The position numbers and the translations under genes are program-made. Below the pieces are notes generated by a model that saw nothing but the letters and a program-made list of their open reading frames with translations, searched no databases and was not told the origin of the DNA. A DNA stretch of 64,000 bases from NCBI GenBank assembly GCA_003243275.1, contig QFQR01000008.1:11618-75617 (forward strand), given 5' to 3'. Positions 17,220 through 25,108 of this stretch are shown piece by piece (the first letter of the stretch is position 1; the number at the start of each line of letters is the position of its first letter). The stretch is from Leifsonia xyli (GTDB lineage Bacteria > Actinomycetota > Actinomycetes > Actinomycetales > Microbacteriaceae).

Positions 17220-18026
17220 ATGACCCCCCGAGCAACGACGACGTCCGAGTCGTTCGACGTGCGGGAGTTCGCGGCCACCGCCCGAGGCAGCCACCGCGCC
17301 GAGATCGACGGCGAGGCGATCGCGCGCGCGGGCCTCACGCCCGACGCCGTCCGGCTCATCCGGGTGCTCCGCGATCTGGAACGCGGCACCCTCGACCGGA
17401 TGCGCAACCTGCTCGTCACCGCCACCCACAAGGATGCGCGCGTCACCGCGTTCCTGGCGACCTGGGCGTTCGAGAAGTACTGGGTGGCCGACGCCCTCGA
17501 CGCCGTGCTGGGCGCGGTCGGCGCCGACACCGAGCCGCTCGCCGGCCCGCGTCGGCGCACGGCGACCGAGCGCGCGGAACGCCGCGGCCCCGTCCGACGC
17601 GCGCTCTCCGGCAACCTCGCCGGTGCCGACATCGTCGCCGGCCACGTGACCACGGGGCTGGTCGACGAGCTCATCACCCAACAGGCCTACCGCCGTCTCG
17701 GCGAGGCGGCCACCTCGCTCACCTCGCTCGCCACGAGCCTCATCGCCCTGAAGGACCGGCACGTGCGCTTCCTCGCCGAGGAGGCCGAGCACAAGCTCGC
17801 CGCATCCGCACGCGCGGTACGCCTCGCGCGCAAGGCGCTGGCGCAGGCCGCCTGGCCGGTCGGCGCGAGCGAGATCCCGGATGCCGACCGCAGCTTCTTC
17901 GAGACCTTCGTCTTCGGCGACGAGGAGGGTCGCACCGCGGCCGCGCGCATCGGCGAGCGCCTCGCCGCGCTCCCCGGCCTCGGCACCGCACAGGGCGCAT
18001 CCCTCGTGGCGAGGCTCGTGCCGTGA
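17220..18026 (+). CDS. ferritin-like four-helix-bundle protein, degenerate paralogue of 20352-21146 (metal ligands lost)
   Basis: It aligns by eye with the downstream paralogue: AVRLIRVLRDLERGT vs TLRTLRYMCDIEYHT, TWAFEKYWVADAL vs MWNREEFWHGEAL, and LIALKDRHVRFLAEEAE vs IAKQETRHVAFYASQAR. The start could be ATG 17220 or ATG 17148. Confidence 0.65.
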   Translation: MTPRATTTSESFDVREFAATARGSHRAEIDGEAIARAGLTPDAVRLIRVLRDLERGTLDRMRNLLVTATHKDARVTAFLATWAFEKYWVADALDAVLGAVGADTEPLAGPRRRTATERAERRGPVRRALSGNLAGADIVAGHVTTGLVDELITQQAYRRLGEAATSLTSLATSLIALKDRHVRFLAEEAEHKLAASARAVRLARKALAQAAWPVGASEIPDADRSFFETFVFGDEEGRTAAARIGERLAALPGLGTAQGASLVARLVP

Positions 18027-20335
18027 CCCCGAAGCGCGCACGGACCGAACTCGGCGACGCCCACGTCTTCCTCACGGGCGGCACCGGCTTCGTCGGGCAG
18101 GCCGTGCTCGAGCGGCTGCTCACCACCCACCCCGACACCACGATCTCGCTGCTCGTTCGCACCAAGGGCTCGGCGGCCGGCGACGACCGGCTGCGCACCC
18201 TGCTGCGGAAGCCCGTGTTCCGCGCCTGGCGGGAGGCCGTGGGCGACGCGGGCGTCGAGGATGCGGTGGCCCGCCGCATCTGGATCGTCGAGGGCGGACT
18301 CGGCTCGGTGCCCGAGCTGCCGGGCGACATCGACGTCGTCATCCACTCGGCGTCCACCGTCTCCTTCGACCCGCCCATCGACCAGGCCTTCGACACCAAC
18401 GTCGGCGGGGCGATCGGGCTCTACGAGGCGCTGCGCGCATCCGGCTCGACCCCGCACGTCGTGCACGTCTCCACCTGCTACGTCGGGGGCCTGCGGAAAG
18501 GCGTCGTGCCGGAGGCGCGGCTCGGCCACGAGGTCGACTGGCGCGCCGAGTACGCGGCCGCGCTCTCGGCCCGCGAGCGCGTCGAGATGCTCTCGCGCCA
18601 ACCCGCGCAGCTGCGTGAGTTCATGGACCGCGCCCGCGCCGTGCACGGCAAGGAGGGCCCACAGTCGGTCGCGCGAGCGAGCGAGGAGGCCCGCGTCGCC
18701 TGGGTGACGAGCGCCCTCGTGGATGCCGGCCGCACCCGCGCCGAATCGCTCGGCTGGACCGACGTCTACACCCTCACCAAGGCCTTCGCCGAGCGCGCCG
18801 CCGAGGAGCTGTGGGCGGGGACAGGCGGGTCGCTCTCCGTCGTGCGCCCCGCGATCATCGAGTCGGCGCTCGCGCATCCGTTCCCCGGCTGGATCGACGG
18901 CTTCAAGGTCGCCGACCCGCTCATCCTCGCCTACGGACGCGGGCTGCTGCCCGAGTTCCCGGGGCTGCCCGACAGCGTGCTCGACCTCATCCCGGTCGAC
19001 TACGTCGTGAATGCGATCCTCGCCGCAGCCGCCAACCCGCCTGAGGGCGAGCCCGAGTACTTCCACGTGAGCTCGGGGGCCTCCAACCCGCTGCCGTTCC
19101 ACCGGATGTACGAGAACGTGCGCGAGTACTTCACCGCGAACCCGATGCCCTCACCGGGCGGGGGCGAGGTCCGCGTGCCCACCTGGCGCTTCCCCGGTGG
19201 GCGCACGGTGGAGCGGGCGCTGCGCCGGGCGCGCGTGCGCCTGGAACGCCGCGAGCGCCAGCTCTCCCGCGGACGCTCGACCGCCCGCACCCGCGCCCAG
19301 CTCACCGAGCTCGCCACCAAGAGATCCGACCTCGAGACGCTCGAGAACTTCGCCGAGCTCTACCGCGCGTACGTGCAGACCGAGATCATCTTCGACGACA
19401 GCAACACGCGCGCCCTGCACGCCGCGATCCCGAAGAAGCTGCAGGCCGACCGCGGCTTCGACCTCGCCGCGATCGACTGGGAGGACTACCTGCAGCGGGT
19501 GCACTTCCCCGCCATCACGACCCTCACGCGCGCGTTCTCGCGGCGTCCCGAGGCGAGCACCACCGAGGGCCGCCCCGCGAAGGCGCTCCCGGAGCGCACG
19601 GATGTGGTGGCCGTCTTCGACCTGGAGGGCACGGTCGTCGACACCAACCTCGTCGAGCAGTACCTGTGGGTGCGCGCGGCCGGATGGGGCTGGACGGCCT
19701 GGCCGGCATCCGTCGTCTCGATCCTGGCGCGACTGCCCGGCTACCTGCGCGCCGAGCGCCGGGACCGCGGCGAGTTCATCCGCACCTTCCTGCGCCGCTA
19801 CGAGGGGATGCCGGAGGCGCGCCTCGAGAAGACGGTTCACGGCGGCTACGCCGACCGGGTGCTCGGGCACACCGCCACCGCGGCGCTCGAGCGGGCCGCC
19901 GCCCACCGGGCCGCCGGGCACCGCACGGTGCTCGTGACCGGGTCGATCGGCACCCTCGCCGAACCCGTCGCGGCCGCCTTCGACGAGGTGGTCGCGGGTG
20001 CCATGCACGTGAAGGACGGCCAGCTCACCGGCTACCTCGCACGCCCGCCGCTCGTCGACGAGGCCCGCGCCAACTGGCTGCGCCTCTACGCCGAGCGCGG
20101 CGGCTACGACCTCTCCGCCTCCTACGGCTACGGTGACAGCCACGCCGACCTGGTGTGGCTCGAGCTCCTCGGCCACCCGCACGCCGTCAACCCCGACAGC
20201 CGCCTCGCCCGCGAGGCCGGACGCCGCCGCTGGCGCATCGACTCGTGGAAGAGCGGGTCGCGCGCGGCGAACCGTGCTTTGATGGCCGAAGGCACCGCAT
20301 CCCGCACCCAGGAAGGAGCGGGCGGCTCCCGCTGA
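18023..20335 (+). CDS. fusion protein: fatty acyl-CoA/ACP reductase (FAR, NAD_binding_4) domain plus HAD-IB phosphatase domain
   Basis: N-terminal VFLTGGTGFVGQAVLERLL, STCYVGG and YTLTKAFAE (YxxxK) mark the FAR domain. C-terminal VAVFDLEGTVVDTN (HAD motif I) and GYGDSHADLVWLE (motif IV) mark the HAD domain. The GTG start at 18023 overlaps the upstream stop (GTGA). Confidence 0.85.
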   Translation: MTPKRARTELGDAHVFLTGGTGFVGQAVLERLLTTHPDTTISLLVRTKGSAAGDDRLRTLLRKPVFRAWREAVGDAGVEDAVARRIWIVEGGLGSVPELPGDIDVVIHSASTVSFDPPIDQAFDTNVGGAIGLYEALRASGSTPHVVHVSTCYVGGLRKGVVPEARLGHEVDWRAEYAAALSARERVEMLSRQPAQLREFMDRARAVHGKEGPQSVARASEEARVAWVTSALVDAGRTRAESLGWTDVYTLTKAFAERAAEELWAGTGGSLSVVRPAIIESALAHPFPGWIDGFKVADPLILAYGRGLLPEFPGLPDSVLDLIPVDYVVNAILAAAANPPEGEPEYFHVSSGASNPLPFHRMYENVREYFTANPMPSPGGGEVRVPTWRFPGGRTVERALRRARVRLERRERQLSRGRSTARTRAQLTELATKRSDLETLENFAELYRAYVQTEIIFDDSNTRALHAAIPKKLQADRGFDLAAIDWEDYLQRVHFPAITTLTRAFSRRPEASTTEGRPAKALPERTDVVAVFDLEGTVVDTNLVEQYLWVRAAGWGWTAWPASVVSILARLPGYLRAERRDRGEFIRTFLRRYEGMPEARLEKTVHGGYADRVLGHTATAALERAAAHRAAGHRTVLVTGSIGTLAEPVAAAFDEVVAGAMHVKDGQLTGYLARPPLVDEARANWLRLYAERGGYDLSASYGYGDSHADLVWLELLGHPHAVNPDSRLAREAGRRRWRIDSWKSGSRAANRALMAEGTASRTQEGAGGSR

Positions 20336-20351
20336 CGCCGCCCGGACCGCC

Positions 20352-21146
20352 ATGGCATTCGACATCGACAAGTACACGACGAACTCGACGGCCGTCGGGT
20401 GGGACGACCTCGACTTCGACGTGTTCGACGAGCATCCGCTGCCCGAGAGCACGCTGCGCACCCTGCGCTACATGTGCGACATCGAGTACCACACCACGTG
20501 CTACCTGCGCGATCTGCTCACCACCCCCTCGCACAACGAGCCCGAGGTGGGCGCCTTCATGACGATGTGGAACCGCGAGGAGTTCTGGCACGGCGAGGCG
20601 CTCGCCGCCGTGCTGGCGAAGCACGGCGTCACCGTCGACTACGACATCCTCAAGGCCACCCGGCTGAAGCTCGGCTGGAAGGACCGCCTCGACCCGATCA
20701 AGCAGTCGATCATGGGCGGGCTCGTCGGCAACGACTTCGTCGCCGTGCACATGTCGTGGGGCGCTGCCAACGAATGGTCGGCGAACGCCGCCTACCTGCG
20801 GATGGCGGAGCTCGAAGGCAACCCGGTGCTCGCCGAACTGCTCAAGCGCATCGCGAAGCAGGAGACCCGGCACGTGGCCTTCTACGCATCCCAGGCCCGC
20901 GACCGCCTCAAGGACTCCAAGAAGGCGCAGAAGATCACCCGCTTCGCGCTCTCCAAGTTCTGGGGTCCGGTCGGCTCGGGTGTGCAGGATGACGCCGAGG
21001 TGACCCACGTCATGACGCAGCTCTTCGGCGGGCCGGAAGGACGCAAGCTCATCCGCGACGTCGACTCGCACATCGCGAAGCTCCCGGGCATGGCAGGTCT
21101 CACGATCGTCGAGGACTCGCTCGAGAAACGCGGCATCGCGGCGTGA
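20352..21146 (+). CDS. ferritin-like di-iron oxygenase/desaturase-family protein
   Basis: A complete E...EXXH...E...EXXH ligand set is spaced as in di-iron carboxylate proteins: CDIEYH, NREEFWH, ANEWS and KQETRH. Confidence 0.8.
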   Translation: MAFDIDKYTTNSTAVGWDDLDFDVFDEHPLPESTLRTLRYMCDIEYHTTCYLRDLLTTPSHNEPEVGAFMTMWNREEFWHGEALAAVLAKHGVTVDYDILKATRLKLGWKDRLDPIKQSIMGGLVGNDFVAVHMSWGAANEWSANAAYLRMAELEGNPVLAELLKRIAKQETRHVAFYASQARDRLKDSKKAQKITRFALSKFWGPVGSGVQDDAEVTHVMTQLFGGPEGRKLIRDVDSHIAKLPGMAGLTIVEDSLEKRGIAA

Positions 21147-21826
21147 TCCCCGCACCGCTGCGCACCGCGGGGCTCTGGCTGGACGTCGCCATCTACCTCG
21201 TGCTGCCGCTCGTCGGGCTCTTCGTGTGGGGCTGGGACTGGCGCCCGATCGTGTTGCTCTACTGGCTCGAGAACATCACCATCGGCGGCACCGTGTTCAT
21301 CTCGCTCGTGCGCCGCGCGCGCGGTGGCGACGGCGTGCAGGCCGGGCTGCCTGCCGCGTTCTTCCTCGTGCACTACGGCATCTTCACCTTCGTGCACGGG
21401 GTGTTCGTGATCGTGCTGATCAACCTCGTGCCGGTCATGACCGACACCCCCGGCGCTCCGTTCAACCCCTGGTGGCTGCTGCTGGCCTGGCTCGTGACGA
21501 CGCTCATCCAGTGGTGGCTGGCGCTGCGGACGAACCCGCCGCGCATCGACGGGATCGCGAAGGCGTACGGTCGGGTCATCGTGCTGCACGTCGTGATCCT
21601 CGGCGCGGTGTGGCTGATCGCGGCGTTCGGGCTGCCGTCGATCGTCGCGGTCGCACTCGTCGTGCTGCACGCCGTGATCGACGTCATCGGTCTCGTCGTC
21701 ACCTCGCGGATGGCGAGCGGCCGCTACCGCTGGGAGGCGACCGGCACCGGCGCCTGGATGCTGCGCCGCATCCCGGATGCGGATGCGGCTGCGGCGCAGC
21801 CGCCCGCGACGCCGCCGACGGGCTGA
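21143..21826 (+). CDS. multi-pass membrane protein (DUF6498-like)
   Basis: About six hydrophobic helices with membrane-embedded His residues (FFLVHYGIFTFVHGVF, VIVLHVV, VVLHAVID). The GTG start overlaps the stop of the di-iron gene (GTGA). Confidence 0.7.
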   Translation: MIPAPLRTAGLWLDVAIYLVLPLVGLFVWGWDWRPIVLLYWLENITIGGTVFISLVRRARGGDGVQAGLPAAFFLVHYGIFTFVHGVFVIVLINLVPVMTDTPGAPFNPWWLLLAWLVTTLIQWWLALRTNPPRIDGIAKAYGRVIVLHVVILGAVWLIAAFGLPSIVAVALVVLHAVIDVIGLVVTSRMASGRYRWEATGTGAWMLRRIPDADAAAAQPPATPPTG

Positions 21827-21842
21827 GGCGGGTCGGGCCGGC

Positions 21843-22484
21843 TCAGCCCCGTGGCGCGCGGATGCCGCGGATGAGCAGGTAGCCGAGCATCCAGAGCTCG
21901 CCGACGGTGGCCGGCAGCACCATCACCTCGCCGAGCCAGGCGGGGGTCGCCGGCGCGGCGATCGCGAGGAAGGCGTTCAGCACGTACCCGCCGCCTCCCG
22001 CGACGAGCACGATGCCGAGCGCCCGCGGCATCCGGGAGGTGACGAGCACGAAGCTTCCCATCGGGATCAGCCACAGGCCGAAGAAGAGGGCCCCGGCATC
22101 CCAGAACGCGTCGGCGATCCCGAACAGCACGGGGAAGGCGTCGTCGTCCACGCCGAGCCGGGCGGCCGCCGTGATGAGTGCCGCACTTGCGAGAATCGCT
22201 GTAGCGTTTGTCATCCCCAGCACCGCCACCGCGAACGCCTCGACCGGACGATCGCGCCGGAACAGTGCGTAGAAGCCGATCGCGGCGGCGGCCTGGCTGA
22301 CCACGACGAGCAGCTCGAGCGCGAGCAGCAGGTGGATGCCGTCGCCGGAATCACGGGCGGTGGGCCGCACCAGCAGGAAGCCGAGCATGCCGACGACGGC
22401 GAGCGCGAGGTAGGCGCCGCCCGTGGCGCGGGCGATGCGACGGTCGGTGCGGATGCGGGTGAGCGTTGGCGTTGCGGTGGTCAT
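21843..22484 (-). CDS. DUF4386-like membrane protein
   Basis: Hydrophobic product ...ARATGGAYLALAVVGMLGFLLV...LWLIPMGSFVLVTSRMPR...ELWMLGYLLIRG. The start is uncertain: ATG 22484 or ATG 22499. The GTG at 22517 in the ORF track lies in AT-rich promoter-like DNA. Confidence 0.65.
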   Translation of the reverse strand: MTTATPTLTRIRTDRRIARATGGAYLALAVVGMLGFLLVRPTARDSGDGIHLLLALELLVVVSQAAAAIGFYALFRRDRPVEAFAVAVLGMTNATAILASAALITAAARLGVDDDAFPVLFGIADAFWDAGALFFGLWLIPMGSFVLVTSRMPRALGIVLVAGGGGYVLNAFLAIAAPATPAWLGEVMVLPATVGELWMLGYLLIRGIRAPRG

Positions 22485-22510
22485 GCGGATTCCCATCATG
22501 TAAAAAATTG

Positions 22511-22538
22511 TTGACACCGCACGCTAAGCGGCTACGCT
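22511..22538 (+). promoter_or_regulatory. candidate sigma-A type promoter for 22575-23227
   Basis: TTGACA (22511-22516), 16-nt spacer, then TACGCT (22533-22538, fits TANNNT). It sits about 35 nt upstream of ATG 22575, which has a GGGAGG RBS. Confidence 0.35.
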
Positions 22539-22574
22539 CGCAATGTCAAGAAAATTTGACACACGGGAGGCCAG

Positions 22575-23009
22575 ATGAACTACGCACAACGCAACACCTG
22601 GACCCAGCTCGTCGCCATGAGTCTGGGGGTCGCGATCTACCTCGCGATCGTGCTGCCGCAGCTCGCCACCCGCGCGCCGGCCGAGGTCGCCTGGCAATGG
22701 CCCATGATCTGGACCTGCGTCGGCGCGATCGCCGCCTCGATCGCCTCCAGCATCCTGTGGGGCATCGTCGCCGGCATGATCGACCGCGACGAAGAGCACG
22801 CCGCCGACCACCGCGACCGGGAGATCGGATGGTACGGAGACCGCGTCGGGCAGGCGTTCGCGATCGCCGGCGGGCTCGGCGCGCTCGTGCTCACCATGCT
22901 GCAGGCGCACTGGTTCTGGATCGGCAACGCGCTCTACCTCGGCTTCTTCCTCGCCGCCTTCGCCGGCGCCGTCGCCCGTCTCGCCGCCTACCGCCGCGGG
23001 ACGCCCTGA
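22575..23009 (+). CDS. small membrane protein (DUF2178-like, 4 TM)
   Basis: 144-aa hydrophobic product. The stop overlaps the start of an XRE HTH gene (TGATG), which is the usual pairing for this family. Confidence 0.65.
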   Translation: MNYAQRNTWTQLVAMSLGVAIYLAIVLPQLATRAPAEVAWQWPMIWTCVGAIAASIASSILWGIVAGMIDRDEEHAADHRDREIGWYGDRVGQAFAIAGGLGALVLTMLQAHWFWIGNALYLGFFLAAFAGAVARLAAYRRGTP

Positions 23010-23227
23010 TGGTCAAACCCACCCGCGTCACCAACACCATCCGCGCGACCCGCGAGACGGCGGGGCTCACCCAGGCCGAGCTGGCACGGCGGATCGGGGT
23101 CACCCGGCAGACGCTCATCGCCATCGAGCAGGGCAGGTACTCGCCGACCCTCGAGCTCGCGTTCCAGCTCGCCCGGGTCTTCGGTGTGCCGCTCGAGGAG
23201 CTGTTCGCCTACCCCGACGAGCGCTGA
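23009..23227 (+). CDS. XRE-family helix-turn-helix transcriptional regulator (72 aa)
   Basis: IRATRETAGLTQAELARRIGVTRQTLIAIEQGRYSPTLELAFQLARVFGVPLEELF is a canonical Cro/C1 HTH. Confidence 0.8.
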   Translation: MVKPTRVTNTIRATRETAGLTQAELARRIGVTRQTLIAIEQGRYSPTLELAFQLARVFGVPLEELFAYPDER

Positions 23228-23280
23228 GTGGTCGGTTTCTGGCCTCACACCTCCCGTGTGAGGCCAGAAACCGACCACTC
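23226..23280. terminator. perfect 25-bp hairpin (probable terminator)
   Basis: Arms are GAGTGGTCGGTTTCTGGCCTCACAC (23226-23250) and GTGTGAGGCCAGAAACCGACCACTC (23256-23280) with a 5-nt loop CTCCC. It starts inside the stop codon of the XRE gene. No U-tract follows. Confidence 0.5.
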
Positions 23281-23314
23281 ACATGGCCCGAGTCGCGCAG
23301 CGTAGAGTCGCGGG

Positions 23315-23860
23315 GTGACCGCGCCGCGCCCCACCACGAAGGACGCCATCCACCGGGCCGCCGCGAGGCTCTTCCCCCTGCACGGCTACGCCGGAACCTC
23401 GGTACGCGACATCGCCGCCGAAGCCGGCGTCGACCCGGCGCTCGTCATCCGCCACTTCGGGTCGAAAGAGGAACTGTTCCTCGAGATCATGCAGCTCGAC
23501 GAGGAGACGCAACCGCTGCTCGACGGTCCGCTCGATCAGCTCGGCGAGCACTTCATCGACTTCGTGCTGAGATCGGGCGAACAGGTGCGCGGGGTGTTCC
23601 TCGCGCTCATCCGGGCCAGCGATTCCGAGGGGGTGGCACCGCGCCTGCGCGAGGTGCACGACGCGGCGTTCGTCACACCGCTGCTGTCGCGGCTCGAGGG
23701 TCCGGATGCCGAACTGCGCGCACGACTCGCGGCCGCGCTCGTCGGCGGGCTGCTCTACAGCCTGTGGGTGGTCGGCGACGAAGCGCTGCTCGCCACCGAC
23801 CGCACCGAGCTCGTGCGCCGCTACGGCACCCTGCTGCAGGGGCTCGTCACGCCCCGCTGA
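23315..23860 (+). CDS. TetR family transcriptional regulator
   Basis: N-terminal HTH: IHRAAARLFPLHGYAGTSVRDIAAEAGVDPALVIRHFGSKEELF. GTG start. Confidence 0.85.
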   Translation: MTAPRPTTKDAIHRAAARLFPLHGYAGTSVRDIAAEAGVDPALVIRHFGSKEELFLEIMQLDEETQPLLDGPLDQLGEHFIDFVLRSGEQVRGVFLALIRASDSEGVAPRLREVHDAAFVTPLLSRLEGPDAELRARLAAALVGGLLYSLWVVGDEALLATDRTELVRRYGTLLQGLVTPR

Positions 23861-23874
23861 GTGCGCATGTCGCC

Positions 23875-24900
23875 CTATTGCACCGCCCAGCCTCCGTCGG
23901 AGGCGAGCACCTGACCCGTCACGTTGGTGGCGTCGTCGCTCAGCAGCCAGGTGATGGATGCGGCGAGCTGCGCCGCCTCTGCGACCGGCGGGATCGTCTC
24001 GAGCAGCGCGCCCACCCGCTCCTGCCCGAGCTCGGAGGCGAAGCTCGCCTCGATGCTCGTGGCCACCGGGCCGGGAGCGACCGCGTTCACTCGGATGCCT
24101 TTGCCGGCATACATGAATGCGGTCGAGCGGGTGAGGCCCACGACGGCATGCTTGGACGTCGTGTAGGCGAGTCCGGCTGCCGAACCGCGCAGCGCCGCCT
24201 CGGAGGCGACGTTGACGATCGTGCCCCGACCGGCCTCGAGCATGAGCGGCAGCACGGCGCGCGTCAGCTTGAACATCCCGTTCACGTTGACGTTCATCAC
24301 GCGCTCCCACACGGCATCCGTCACCTCGTGCAGGGGGGTCATGTCGTCCATGATCCCGGCGACGTTCGCGAGCGCGTCGACGCGTGAGCCCGCCGCCGCG
24401 ACGATTGTGGCGATCGACGCATCCGCGGTGATGTCGCCCGCGACCGCGACGATGTCACCGGCTCCCTCGGCGAGGAAGTCGTCGAGGCGCTCCTGGGACA
24501 CGTCGACCGCGATCACGCGCCCGCCCTCGCGCGCGATGCGGGATGCCGTGGCGCGACCGATTCCGGCACCCGCGCCCGTGACGATGACCGTCATTCCGGC
24601 GAATCGGGACGGCGTGACGCGCTCGGCCCACCCGGCGGCGGGAGCGTCATCCGCCTCGTCCTCCTCGGCGGGAGCCGCGCCGCCGTTCACCTGGGCGACC
24701 ATCTCGTCGATGACGGCTTGCGGAAGCTGGCCTCGGCTGAGGGCGACGAGCCGCTGCAACGGGAACAGCTTGACGGGGGCGAGCGCCTTCTCCGTCTGAC
24801 CGCCCTGCGCGAGGAGGTCGCGCAGCAGCGGACCCCCGACCGGATGCTTGAGCCAGTCCCCGACGGAGCTCTTGGCGGTGAGCGGCTTGTCTGCGGCCAT
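23875..24900 (-). CDS. SDR-family oxidoreductase with ~105-aa N-terminal extension
   Basis: The SDR core has VIVTGAGAGIGRATA, NVAG and YTTSKHAVVGL (YxxxK). The preceding ~105 residues (MAADKPLTAKSSVGDWLKHPVGG...) are not part of the Rossmann fold. Start is ATG 24900. Confidence 0.8.
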   Translation of the reverse strand: MAADKPLTAKSSVGDWLKHPVGGPLLRDLLAQGGQTEKALAPVKLFPLQRLVALSRGQLPQAVIDEMVAQVNGGAAPAEEDEADDAPAAGWAERVTPSRFAGMTVIVTGAGAGIGRATASRIAREGGRVIAVDVSQERLDDFLAEGAGDIVAVAGDITADASIATIVAAAGSRVDALANVAGIMDDMTPLHEVTDAVWERVMNVNVNGMFKLTRAVLPLMLEAGRGTIVNVASEAALRGSAAGLAYTTSKHAVVGLTRSTAFMYAGKGIRVNAVAPGPVATSIEASFASELGQERVGALLETIPPVAEAAQLAASITWLLSDDATNVTGQVLASDGGWAVQ

Positions 24901-25039
24901 GATGAGGCGTCCTCTCCGACGGCCCCCTCGTCGGCACCGTCGGCACCAGTCTGCGCCCGCGACCCCGCGGGTGTCAACGGTGTTGACTCGGCTCAGGTGC
25001 CGTGCATCCGTCTCCGTCTGCGCATCCGTCTCCGCGCAT

Positions 25040-25097
25040 GTTGCGGTTTCGGCGCTGTGTGGCCGGCGCGCGGCCCACACAGCGCCGAAACCGCAAC
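25040..25097. terminator. long hairpin after the ace operon (probable terminator)
   Basis: A perfect 22-bp stem pairs 25040-25061 (GTTGCGGTTTCGGCGCTGTGTG) with 25076-25097. It is extendable by 4 pairs with a 1-nt bulge. It lies 12 nt downstream of the adk-like stop on the minus strand. Confidence 0.5.
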
Positions 25098-25108
25098 ACG
25101 GATGGGGC

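Noticed and set aside
20352-21146. Calling the di-iron protein an acyl-ACP desaturase, an AurF-type N-oxygenase or an aldehyde-deformylating oxygenase specifically.
   Set aside because: Only the generic E/EXXH ligand pattern can be seen by eye. Its length (264 aa) and sequence do not let me assign a subfamily without a profile search, so it is left as ferritin-like di-iron protein.
21826-21850. Short inverted repeats GGCTGAG/CTCAGCC (21824-21850) and CTGACC/GGTCAG (about 49912-49940) between convergent genes as terminators.
   Set aside because: The stems are only 6-7 bp with long loops and overlap stop codons. They are too weak to call with confidence.
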